Assembly (NCBI GenBank): GCA_010356995.1
Contig: ML996695.1
Location: forward strand, 939,061 to 1,003,060
DNA: 64,000 bases
Reading direction: 5' to 3'
Source: Trichodelitschia bisporula
Lineage: Eukaryota
In this document: positions 50,460-62,071 of the stretch, piece by piece
How positions within the stretch are numbered: position 1 is the stretch's first letter
How the letters are laid out: each line of letters starts with the position of its first letter
Made by a program: the position numbers and the translations under genes
The notes under the pieces: model-generated
Databases searched by the model: none
What the model was told of the DNA's origin: nothing
Seen by the model: the letters and a program-made list of their open reading frames with translations, nothing else

Positions 50460-53400
50460 ATGTCTGGCACGGGAGGGCGGTATGCGCAAGAACACGCTCC
50501 TTTTGACGATCAGGTGAACGACCGCAACGAATACGGCGACCACGATGGCCCCCATGAGGACGAGGGGGTGCAATACAGCGACGGTGATGACCACCAGGAA
50601 GGGGACGAAGCATTCGACAGCGTACCTGCAGCGCTCACCTCTGATGATCTGGCGCAAAAGCGGCACGAGAATGACAAACGGTTGAAAAGCGCATTCGATG
50701 CCATCTACGAGAAGTACGGTCGGGACTTTACCAACGTCGCCGATGAGATTGATCTGGTGACCGGTGAAGTGGTGGTGAACAACGGACATCTTGACAGTAT
50801 GCATGGAGAGCCTTCGGGATTGTTTGTGGATGGGAGCGAGGTGGATGATGAGGATGATGCTCAGGTGGGCGAAGAAGGGAACCTGGAGGATGTTGGCGAC
50901 AACCATAATCAGGCATGCACACTTCTTTATTTCACAACATGTCACTAACAATTGCAGTACCCAGAAGACAACTTCGCCGACGACGACGAGTCTACCGCAG
51001 AGCCTGACAGAGCCCCGCGATTCTCATCTGTGCAGCGCAACTCGGGCTATCCTGGCCAACAAAGCACTGTTCCCATCCCATACCAGGCCCCGCAGATTCC
51101 GATGATGGTCGATCAGTCTGTCGCAATTCAAGCGTTCAGCGCTAGCATTGCTGCTCAGATTGGGACATTTGTCTCTCAGATGACCCAGGCCCATCTTGCT
51201 GCCGCGCTCAATGACCAGCGACAAAGCCAACTTCGGATAGAGAACTTGCAAGAGCGTCGGGAGAACGGCCAGCACCCACGGTTGCCGGACCTTCGTCACG
51301 TACAGGGTCGTGTGCAGACTGTCACGCCATCCACAGGACGTCCTTCAGTTCTACGATCGCGAGAAGCGCCGCAGTATGAGGATGATCCGTCATTTCCACC
51401 GACGCGCGGTCGGAATAGTGGGGGTCAACTTCTTCGGAATCGCCCACAGTCGCAGTTCCGCAATGATGCGCCGCAAGCCACGCCGACCTTCCGGCAGCCG
51501 CCGCGTCCCCGTCCGGCAGCTCAGCGACCAAGGGAGCGATTGCAGTCATACGAGGATGTGTGGGCAGAACCGCTGCCGCGGGCTAGGAGAAGGCGCAATC
51601 ATCTGCTGTCGCAAAACGCTCAAGAGAGGGATACGCAGAGTCGAGTCCGGGCTAATGGTCAGGGCCTCAGCCAGGATTCTGGACAACAACTGTTGGCTAT
51701 TGCTGATCCGCAGACACAAGCCAGTGAACAATCCGCTGGACCAGTCAACATTGCCCCGAGGCCACTTGCACCTAGGCCCCTTGCCCCAAGGCCACTTGCC
51801 CCAAAGCCACAAGCGGATGCTACTCCAGCGGCGCCAGTTGTTATGAGCTCCACCTCACAAGCTCATGCTAGTGTATCGTCATTGGCAACCGGAGTTCCAA
51901 TAGCACAGGCTCTTGCTGATCTATCGACGAAGGCTACAAACGGGACATCGGTACAAGCTCGGGCGAGCACCCCTGTGCCTCCGAATTCTCCCAGGCCCCT
52001 TAGCCATCTTGAAGTGCTAGCCAACCATCGAAACGCACAGCTCCTTTCCGACCAGGCTGTGACTACTGCAACTGAGCTGCCCGGTTTTCCGACTTTAAAC
52101 CAGCCCGTTGTACACCCTGTTCCTCAGGTTACGACTCAGGATGCCACTCCCGTCGACACCCCTATCGCGGACGCTGACAGTGAAAAACGCCGCAAGGAAC
52201 TGAAGGCTGCACAACGGAACGCAATAAGCACGACCGCCGGTAGTGATAAGCGGAGATCGCTCGACGAACTGGCTGCCAACGTGCTTTCTTCACAAGGTAC
52301 ATCTTCTGGGCGCCAGGCTAGGGATGACGGTCACAGGAGCGGTAAACGGAGACGGCTGGATCGACGCGACAGTAACTGGGCTGTTCCTGATTCAGAGGAG
52401 CCGGCGGATCTTACCTTGTCGCAGGGCACGTCGCAAGGAACATCGCAAGGAGCATCGCAAGGAGTATCGCAAGAATCATCGCAAGGGCCTTCGCAAGTGT
52501 CATCGCAAGGGGCATCGCAAGGGACAGTGTTAAAAACTCCTCGATCATCTTTCCGACAGAGACTGGCAGGCTCACTGCAGCAAAGCTCGTTACCCGGCTC
52601 TGGTCGGAAGCGCCCAGTCATTATAGCTGACGGCTCTGATGAAGACGAGCTTGGTCTTCTTGCCCCACCTAGCGTCCGGCGTAGTAGCAGTGCTCTCGGA
52701 AGCCAGCGGAGTGACTCCCGCCTGGAAAAGGGTAAAGACAAGGCGACCCCGTCCAAGGACAAGAGAAAAGCCGCCAATGGCACCGATGAGGATGATGATG
52801 AGTTGTCTCGGAGCCAGAGTCAATCCCGCAAAGATCAGCTGTCGCGCAGTCTGGAAAAGGGCCGCAAGCATCCGAAGTCACGCGTCGCTGAACCTCTCGA
52901 TGAGCAAGCAGACGGCAACGAGCCGCATGACGAAGAGCACCTTCGGGACACTAACCCGATCCGAGTCGAGGAGCAAACTCGGGCCGATGAACCAGCCCGT
53001 GCCGGTAAACAGCGTCGAAGCAGCGAACGCCTTCGGGCCCAGGAGCAGTCTAGCCACAGCGGACATTCTCGCGCATCTGAGCCTTCCCACGTCGAGGAGT
53101 ACGGAACTTCTGACGATGATGCTGTTGACCTTGTTGGTGGTGATGAGGTGGTGCGGACCGGGCGCAACCCGTCTGAAGAGCTCTGCGCCTACGAGGTGCC
53201 CGATTTTCTGCAAGCCCCGGCTCAATATTACGGCACGTGGCTGGAACCGGAAGATTCGGAGAATGTGGGGGGTGTGTTGACTGCGCTGCAGAGAGAGGCC
53301 AGGCAGTGGAGGGCGCAAGGGTCCCAGGAGACCGTCCTGGAAGAGCCTATGCAGGACGAGACCATGAACGAAGAAAGTGACCAAGACGACAGTGGGCACT

Positions 53401-54443
53401 GGGGGGATGTCAGCGGGATGTGGCAGGACGAAAGTGCATTTGAGCAGGCTACTGGGCAGAATCAGGTCACGAACGGTCAGCGCGACCTTCATAGCCGCTC
53501 TGCAAGCTCGGATTCGGATGCTATTTTGCTACTTCCGCACCAACGTCGGGCCTCGAATGCGAATTCGGTCCAGTTGCAACCAGCAACGAGAGATGAAGTT
53601 CCGATTGACCCAGTGCTACTCGCGTGTGCCGAGCAAAATGCACCTGATCGGCAAAATGTATCAAACGGACAAGAGTCATCGAATCGGCAAGACACTTCAA
53701 ACCGGCAAGTTGTGTCGCACCCGGAAGTTGTATTGGCCCGGAAAGATGCGTCGACCCGGCAAGTTGCGTTTATGCGCCAGGATACGTCAAACCAGCACGA
53801 TACATCGACTCGGCATGATGGATCGAACGACCCAGATGCGTCGAACCAGCAAGTCGCTGCACGTCCCCTCTACACGGACCCACGCCAGTTCCCCGACCGC
53901 TGGCAACTCTGCCGCGGCTACGAGCGCCTAGAAGCGCGCTTAGCGCCCCGCAAGCAGGTTCAGGAACAACTGCAAGCAGCCGAAGGCAACACCACAGACG
54001 GCGGCCAAAACACAGGCGCAGATCAGTCTGCCAACGGCCAGTCGGACTCCAACTCGCGCCCCGCCCGCAAGAAGCGTAAGGCTGCTACTTTCACCCCCGA
54101 GGAGGACCGGCTGCTCTGCAAGCTGTTTGAGGAAGATAACATGCCGTGGCTGGAGATATTGTCACACTTTCCCGGCCGCACGATGTCCCAGATGCATTAC
54201 CGGTACCACTTCAAGCTGCGGTATCGCCCCGAGAACTCGCATCTCCAGACTCCTGATGACTCAGATACGCAGCGCCGCGCGGACGATGCGGCGCAGGTGG
54301 AGGAGGCGACTTCCGGTCCGGCTGCGGTCACGCTCAGCCGGTCGCGGTTCCGGAAGCCGGGCCGCCTGCCCACATACCAGCGGCAGGCGGTGCGCGGGAA
54401 GGGTCAACCGGCGGTCCTCCGGGACGCGCCGGATCCGTGGTAG
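50460..54443 (+). CDS. SCM3: Centromeric CENP-A chaperone Scm3 with C-terminal Myb-like domain
   Basis: RLKSAFDAIYEKYGRDF..ADEIDLVTGEVVVNNGHL Scm3 motif and C-terminal FTPEEDRLL..MPWLEILSHFPGRT..MHYRY Myb motif. One intron ending at 50957 (donor probably GC at 50913). An alternative ATG is at 50451. Confidence 0.82.
51753..51812 (+). repeat. 15-nt coding tandem repeat x4 (APRPL/APKPQ) in SCM3
   Basis: Read directly: GCCCCGAGGCCACTT-like units. Confidence 0.85.
52419..52526 (+). repeat. 12-nt coding tandem repeat x9 (SQxx) in SCM3
   Basis: TCGCAAGGRNNA-like units encoding SQGT SQGT SQGA SQGV SQES SQGP SQVS SQGA SQGT. Confidence 0.9.
53646..53855 (+). repeat. Degenerate 18-nt coding repeat (SNRQDT-like) in SCM3
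   Basis: Recurrent TCRAAYCGGCAAG.. units; six-residue periodicity in the translation. Confidence 0.65.
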
Positions 54444-54622
54444 TGCTTTGTTTGGCGTTGGGGGTATAGGTTGTCACGAGGCATGGCGTTTTATGGTTAG
54501 TGATGTGGTATATGGCCTTTGCTGTATAAATGGGTAGGCGTTGTGGTGGGATGCTGCCCTTGGCTGAACGGCTTGATATCCTGGCGTGCGGAGTCGGGTT
54601 CGGACACTTGAGAACCATATGG

Positions 54623-56078
54623 TTATGTATGACTAGTCGGTGGGCTTAGGGATGGCGCCGTTCTGGGAACCGCATTGAGCACTTCGTCCAACGAGGTACC
54701 AGAAGCGTCGGCCACTACCCCGGCTTTGGCCCAGAATTTACTTAGGTGGCGCGCACCTGATGGTTAGCGATATATCGGTGAAATGGAAAGCGCCTACCCG
54801 AGTCGCAGAGCAAAGTGACAATTGTGTGTCCCGGTCCCATCTGCAGCGCTACCTGCGTCGCTGCGACGCCTGCGCTATCAGCGTGGGCGAGTAAAGGGGA
54901 TATAACCGACTTACAATTCACAGAACTTGAGCTCCCAATAAAAATCCCATCCTTCTCCACCAGCCACCTCGCCATAGCAAGCGCCTGCTCATCACTCACC
55001 CTAACCGCATCATCCACCAACTCGCGCCCAACTTCAAAATTGCGCGTCACGCGATTAATTCCAATCCCCTCCACAATCGTATCCACCTGATGCCGCCGCC
55101 TCGTCCCCTCGCGCTCCTTCGCATCGAACATAACCCCGTACCGCACGCGATTGAACAACCCACTGCCCTGTGGATCTGCCAGCACCACCTTCAGCCCCTT
55201 AACCCGTGGCTTGAGAAACAAGGCTACGCCGGAAATCGTGCCCCCAGTTCCCGCTCCGGACACGAACGCATCCAGTTTCCCTCCCGTCTGGCTCAGGATC
55301 TCCGGACCCGTGCCCGCGAAGTGCGCGTGCCAATTCGCCTCGCTCTCGAACTGGTCCGCAAACAAGCCACGCCCGGGCCGCGCGGGATCAGCGGTATGTT
55401 CTGCCGCGAGCCGGCGCGCGAGATTGACGAATTGATTCGTGTCGACGATAGGGGCGGGGGGCACGGGGGACACGGTCGCACCGAGGGCGAGGAGCAGGTT
55501 TGTTTTCTCGGGGGACTGGTCGGAGGGGATGCAGATGTGGGCGTGGTAGCCGCGGGCGCGGCAGATGGTGGCGAGGGAGATGCCGGTGCTCCCGACGGTG
55601 CCTTCGTAGACTGTGTCTCCTGAGTGCGGGGTTAGGAGGCCGGCGGATTCGGCGCGGGAGACTATGTTGAGGGCGACGCGGTCTTTGGGGGAGTTGCCGG
55701 CGCCGTTGAGGAACTGGGATGTTAGGGTGGTGGAGGGACATGTTTATGCGGGAAACGAACCTCGGCTTTGGCGAGGATGGTGCAGCCTGTTGCTTCGGAG
55801 AGGGACTTGATTTTGAATATGGGTGTGTTGCCGATGGTTGACTCTATGCCCTCGGGGTAGTCTGTAGGCTGGACATCGTGTGCGTGGGGATCTGTGGCGT
55901 CCTTCAGTTCGACATTACGTCCCGGTGGGCGAAGTCGATCAAAAATGGAGCCAACCCGGTTTCGGCTCCGCTGGTAGCGCCGTTCTAGGTCTGGGTATAC
56001 GTCCTTGAAGCCGAGGGTGAGAAGGATGCCGGCGAGGAAGCTTAGGCCGACGTAGATGCGGGTTTTGGTCTCGGACAT
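54623..56078 (-). CDS. Cysteine synthase 2-like PLP enzyme with N-terminal membrane anchor
   Basis: Introns 55714-55760, 54870-54914 and 54757-54797. IGNTP, KAEFLNGAGNSPKDR (PLP Lys), EGTVGSTG, FADQFE, GAGTGGT, EGIG, CDSGARHLSKFW. Confidence 0.9.
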
Positions 56079-57577
56079 GGTGGTATTGGGATGATTAGGC
56101 CATAGGCATCACGGTGACGTTCGGCTTGCTTGCTCGTTCGGGTCGCATAAGAGCTGTGCTACGGTGGTTGGGGAGGTGGTTTGTGACGATCACAAAGGAT
56201 GATGAAATTCGACATAAAAAATGATGCCCCAGGCAAATATCTGATATGGTCCGTGCGTTATCACGTCAAGGGACGGCTGTTGCGATATCGCTGGACAACC
56301 TTCAGCCTTTCCTTTAGCATATGGGGTCTGTTCTTGAAGACCAGCCGCGGGACGGAACTACGGAATCGTCACGATGGGTCGCCTCACTCTCAGACCTACA
56401 AGTGGCAAAAAGTACATCCCACGACCACGACCCCCACCACTCCAACGTCCACATATAACAACCCCGATATATCTGCCACCTCAGCCCGTCCAGACCGAAA
56501 CAAAAAGATTGACGCGGGGATCCCGCCCAGCCACGATGCGTTGTCCTCCACCCCATGTTCAAGGCCAACACCACGAACCACTTCCCCCCATCCCCAAACC
56601 CCCAAGCTAGCGCCCACGCCCACGCTCACGCGAACATTCTCGAACACCGAAACCGGGAACGCGGTCCTTTCGCCGTACAGTATCCCACTGTGAGCAGGAA
56701 GCTGGACTACCTTCCCCCGTTTCTCGGTCACCGTTGCCGCGAGATGGTAAGCCTTGCATTGATGCTGCTGCGCCGTACATAATGGCGCGCCTATGCGCTG
56801 GCCGCAGCCTTGTGTGCGCGTGGCAGGGCTGGCGTATAACGGGCTGGCATGGGAGGAGGGGGATCCGCGGGCTCGGGGCGAGCGAATGCCGTTTGAACTT
56901 ACCAGCACAGGTGCAGTGAGGTGCTACCACCGTCGGGCTCGCGAGTGGGTGATTTTTTTCTTCTCTCTCCCGGTCTGGTGGGTGAGCAATGTGAGTGGGT
57001 TCCCAAGGTGCGGGCCGGGGCGAGGCTGAGGCGCGTCGAATTTTCGCTGTGAAGGCTTGGGGGAGAGGAGTGACGCGGTGGCGACTCTCATGTTGACGTC
57101 GCGTCGGCGATCATGGCGGCGGATGTGCAGGGGGCTAGAGGGACAACTCAGCACGCCGATGCAATGACAGCTAGCCTCTGGGGGCTGGCGCTGTCATGCA
57201 TGACGAGGCTGGAGACATTGCGATTACGGCAGCGGGGAGGCTGGATGTCGCGGAACATATTATTCTGGAGTTAGTTGTAGTGTATGTGATGGTGGGGGGC
57301 TGAATCGGCGAAGCATGCGCGGTCCTGTACAACTCTCTCTACACCCGTAATCGAATCTCTTGCACTTTTCTGTGGTTCTCGCCTTTTCTCACCGGCCAGT
57401 TAGATGCTCCGCTTGACGGAAATTAAAAAGGCGGGCGCTCGCCGTCAAATAGAGAGGCGACGTGGCGGGCGCAGCGCGTGATTCGTTCGGAGGCGAGAAG
57501 CGGCTGCGAGTGTTGTTTTGCGGGGGAGAGCGAAGCGGGGAGAGCCGTTGTTGTATGGTGTGTTTTGGGTGGACGTT

Positions 57578-57668
57578 AGAGAGAGAGAGAGGGAGAGAGA
57601 GGGAGAGAGAGGGAGAGAGAGGGGGAGAGAGGGAGAGAGAGGGGGAGAGAGGGAGAGAGAGGGAGAGA
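57578..57668 (+). repeat. Pure polypurine (GA / GGGAGAGAGA decamer) microsatellite
   Basis: About 90 nt containing only G and A. Confidence 0.95.
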
Positions 57669-57942
57669 TAAACAGAGGACTCGTATAGTAAACAGAGGAA
57701 CGGGATGAATGAGTCGCGAGAATGAGATCAGTTGAAACGAGATGAAGGTGAGCAAAATACAAAGGATCTTGATAAACCGAAAGATCAACGCGGAAGACGC
57801 TGCTGCATGCACTGTGAATCCCGTCTGTGCCCTCGGGCAGCTTGTTTCCACAGGGCTTGTAAGTTACCCATCACTCAGCTCTCCATCAGCGTCAAGCTCG
57901 TTCTGTTCTCCCCTCAGCATCTTTCATCACTTCAGCATCATC

Positions 57943-57947
<5 letters not shown>

Positions 57948-57988
<41 letters not shown>
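57948..57988 (+). repeat. (CT)n microsatellite, about 20 units
   Basis: Read directly. Confidence 0.95.
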
Positions 57989-57995
<7 letters not shown>

Positions 57996-58564
57996 GTGAA
58001 GAGGAAGAAAAGTCTTTCGATCAGTTAGCGGCGGTGTCGAGTCAAGCGACAGTGACGCGCATCCGCTTCGTTCTCCGCACACACAGCTGCGACTTTCTGC
58101 GCCAGAGCCCGAAGCCCAAGCTCCCCCCCCCCCCCAAGCAACTCACCCCAGCTTGACCAACAAAATCCACCCAACCACACCACACCCGTCGCCTTCTTCT
58201 CGTTCTCTTTCTCATCATCCCCAAGATCAACAACCCGAACCACCTGCGTCTTCATCAACACAACCGCGACCGTCGCATCTGCTTCGCGCCTCATCATTGT
58301 CGCGGTACCTGCCTTTCAACGCCACGATACCGTCCATCAGCCATTGACCTTCAATTCCCCATCATCGCCGCCGCATCTGCTTCGACGAACGCGAACGAGT
58401 CTTTTTCTCAAATGTACGTACAGCAGCCCAATCACTCAGCCCAAGTTCCTGCTGCAGAGGCGACCCATCTCGCCCTGCACATGCAAGCTTGGGCTTTTTC
58501 TTTCACTCGTCCCCCACCCTCTCTAACCGCCAGGGTGCTGGCGCATCCTCTCTCTTGCTGTCAA

Positions 58565-58696
58565 TCTCTCTCTCTCACACACTCTCTCTCTCTCTCTCTT
58601 GCTCGCTCTCTCGCGCGCGTTCTCTCTCTCTGCGCTGTTCTCCGCCTCATCTCTTGCAATCCTTCGAACACTTCAGCCCCCCCCCCCCCCCCCCCG
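58565..58696 (+). repeat. Interrupted CT/CA microsatellite followed by a poly-C run (58677-58696)
   Basis: Read directly. Further poly-C runs occur at about 58123-58135 and 59770-59780. Confidence 0.85.
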
Positions 58697-59898
58697 ACAC
58701 CCCGCTACTCCGACCCGCCGCGCGACGCATCCTCCCTCCTCCGCCTCGCACCAGTGCGACGCGCTCGCCCGACCCGAGACCCCACGCGACGCTTCAACGG
58801 ACTCTGGTAGCGCATGCAGCCGTGCCTTAGTCTGCATCAGGCGCCTGCTGTTGGCATCATCGTGCACTGGGCTGCCCCGCTGCCTGCCTGCTGAGCAAGA
58901 AGGGAAGAGCTGGCCGCACCGCGCCGTCGCGTGTCATCATCCTGCCTGTTGCTTGCCTGGCTGTGCTCGCTGAGCCTAGTCCCGGAAGCACCGCCCTGGA
59001 AGCTGTAACGTGGCCTTGTCCGCCAGTTCAATCGTCCCTTCGCGGTGGTGGTGCGGATGTCGGGATGTGGTGGCCTTCCTCTCTGAATTGAGAGAGAACA
59101 CTCGCGCCATACCGGATAGCGAAGTGAGTTGCGAGAGAAAAGAGAGAGTGAGCGCAACGCGTGTGAGAGAAAGCAGAAGCGAAAGAAAGAGAGAAAGGGA
59201 GACGAGAGAAAACGGTATGCAAGAGAGAATAGAGGCACTCTTAAAGCGTTTCTTCCCACGGCCCAATTGCGAGGTACATTGCGAGAAGTAACCGTTTCAG
59301 CAGCTCCCGCACATCTCGCGAGGTACACACAGGTAGCACCGCCATTATACCCACCACCGCCTTTTTTTTCCCGCCTGTCCTCCTGTACACCCCTCCACCC
59401 CCACCCCGCCCCAACGCACCACGCAGAGTACGCCATCTTTCGATCCTTCACCGACCTATCGCACTACCCGTCTCACGCAATTCCTACAACCTCTCACATT
59501 TTTCGCCTCCCGCAAATCCTCCCCGCCCGACCAGCAACAGCTTCTCTCTCCCCGCCGACGTGGGACCAACAAGAACCTCACATAAACATTCCCTGAACCG
59601 GATTGCAGGACTTGCAGCTTAGCTGCAGCACGCTTCTACCTTCCAACGCCCCAGTTGCACAAGCCATCCGTGCTGTGCCTTCCGCCATTGCCTACTCCGT
59701 CTTCCTAGTGTTCCCCACCTCCCCCCTCCCCTCCTAAGCCGCAGCTCCCCCACCCCATTCCAACCTCCCACCCCCCCCCCAGTCACGGCCGCAGCCTGTG
59801 ACGTGTATTGCCAGCGCAGGTCAATTTTGCATACCCGGGGCCAACACAGAGGCGGGCAGCGGTAGGCCGTGCGCCTACTGCACGGGGCCGAAATAAAC

Positions 59899-61324
59899 AT
59901 GTCGTCCTCCCCGACGACGAAGAAGGGGGCGGACGGAGAAGTAGTACCATCGGCAGACAGTGAGCAAGGAGGAATGAACGATTCTCACGAAGCACAAGGA
60001 CACGAAGTTGAGGTCAAGGAACAGGACAGATGGCTTCCCATCGCCAATGGTTAGTTCTCAAATGCGCCCCTTTCTGCAATCTCGTCCCCATTTTTTCTCA
60101 TTCCTTTGAACTTTGTGAGGGGGACAAGCAGAGAGAGAAACGTATGCACATGCCACAGCGAAGGCTGCGGTTTCGTACCTGTCGTTCTCCTGCCTGTCGT
60201 TTCCTCTCCCCTCCCCCCCTCACCTTCATTCCCACCAACCACTTTCTTGCTTTCCCTTCCTCAAATCACACGCCTGGCGTTGGCTAGCAGCCGCTTGCTG
60301 CTTGTCCGCCCTGGTCGTTCATTGTTCCCCTACCCCACTCACATCCCCGTTGCTCCACCCCCGCACATCTGCAGAGCATAGCAAAAGCAAAACAGAAAAC
60401 GGCGGGCTTGCATACGGCGACGCCATGTCTGCGTCGCCGCCTTCGCGGCCGCCGTCATCGCTTGCTTCACCTGTGCAGCATGCTCGGTCTGCGTCAGGGA
60501 AGAGCGTATCGTCAAACAATGGACACGGTCACGGTTGCAACTCGGACGCTAACATACGCAACTTTGCTCCAGTCGCGCGCATCATGAAGTCGGCGTTGCC
60601 CGAGAACGCGAAGATTGCGAAGGAGGCAAAGGAATGCATGCAGGAGTGCGTGTCGGAGTTCATCTCGTTTATCACGAGCGAGGGTGAGTGTCGCTGTCTC
60701 AGTGTTTGTGCGCACAAGGCTGAAGGCTTCTCGTAGCATCGGAGAAATGCCAGCAGGAAAAGCGCAAGACGGTCAACGGCGAGGATATACTCTTTGCCAT
60801 GACTTCACTTGGCTTCGAGAACTACTCGGAGGCTTTGAAGATCTACTTGGCGCGGTACAGAGAGGTAAGCATCCCTTATTTGACGTCTTGTCTTTTGTGC
60901 CCTCTTTTCCCCCGTTTCCCCTTATCCCATCCTCATCGCTTGAAAGACAAGTTACTGAACTATCGGTACTGATTGGATCCACGAGACCCTCCTCGCAACT
61001 CAGAAATCCGCCGCAACCGGCGCTGGGAGCACCGGCAGCACCGGGCCCGGCGGGTCCAACAGCGGGGCCGTCGGGGGCCCAGGGGCCGCAGGCGGTGCCG
61101 AACACGAGCCCGCTGGCAATGCCACCTCCGCTGCCGCCGCAGCCGCTGCCGCAGCAGCTTCCGCCGCCGCCGCAGGGCCCGCAGCTGGGCTACCTGCGTA
61201 CGGGCGCGGGGCACCACCACCACCTGGCGCACCAGAACACGCCGGCGACGCGCTACTGACGCACGCCGGCGAGGGTTTTGCGGGGTATGCGGTGCACAAT
61301 GGGAACGGCGCCGGGGAGTATTAG
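59899..61324 (+). CDS. HAP3: CCAAT-binding complex subunit Hap3/HapC (NF-YB)
   Basis: Introns 60050-60572, 60684-60736 and 60865-60985 give [70 protein letters not shown], then an Ala/Gly-rich tail ending HNGNGAGEY*. Confidence 0.95.
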
Positions 61325-62071
61325 GCGTGAATGGGGGGGTTGGGTTTGGCTTGTTTGAGTGTTTTCGTTGTTGTGCATGTGGACTTTTTTGCTTTTGCGG
61401 GGAAGATGGCGAGGGAGGACTGCGGGGACCGTGTGGGGGAGATGATGTGGTGGGTGTAATAGATTGTGTTTGTGGTATGGATCTGGGATGGATATGTGCG
61501 GTGGTAGTGCGAAGGGCAGGGGCAGAGGAGACGCAGGCGTGTAGATTGCGTGCTTTGCAACAGCCGTCGCTCGCTTGGGGAGGTCAATTGATGCTTTATT
61601 GTTTGCTCCTGCGCCGTGCTTTGCTGTATTCAGTGACTCGCGAGGCTGAGATCGGCAGACCGAGTGAGGGGCGCTCGTGACTTCGGGCCTCTTTCGGCTC
61701 GGTCCGTAGAGAGAACCCTGGCCCGACCTGGCCTGGCTGTGCCGCACCGCAACCCCGACACGCTCACGCCCCCGCTCCCCTGACCAAATCGCCATTCATG
61801 CGCCGCCTGATGACGACTTGTGCGACGCGGGCGCAAGCGAGATCGACACGCGGCTCTGACGTCTGCGATCCGATCCTTCAAGGGTGAGGCTGGGCTTGGC
61901 GCCGACGACGTGCCGACTCGGCTCTGTCACAACTCCGCTTCACGGGAAACCACATGGCAAGAAAGAAAGCGTAGATACCAGGCGCCAATTCTCCTATCCT
62001 AACTGCGCCAAAATAAAGGCCTCACAATCCCTGTCCCTCAACCCCACACAAGCCGTACAAACCACCCCCGA

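Noticed and set aside
56199..56244. ATGATGA...CTGA as a C/D-box snoRNA
   Set aside because: Only about 45 nt between the boxes, no convincing terminal stem or recognisable rRNA guide, and it lies in a promoter region.
56897..56960. ACTTACC resembling the U1 snRNA 5' end
   Set aside because: No U1 stem-loop I/II loop sequences follow. It is better explained as a minus-strand GTAAGT donor.
60615..61680. Pro/Gln-rich 214-aa and Arg-rich 235-aa ORFs overlapping the HAP3 3' end
   Set aside because: They are alternative frames of the GC-rich last exon and intron. The spliced HAP3 frame explains the region.
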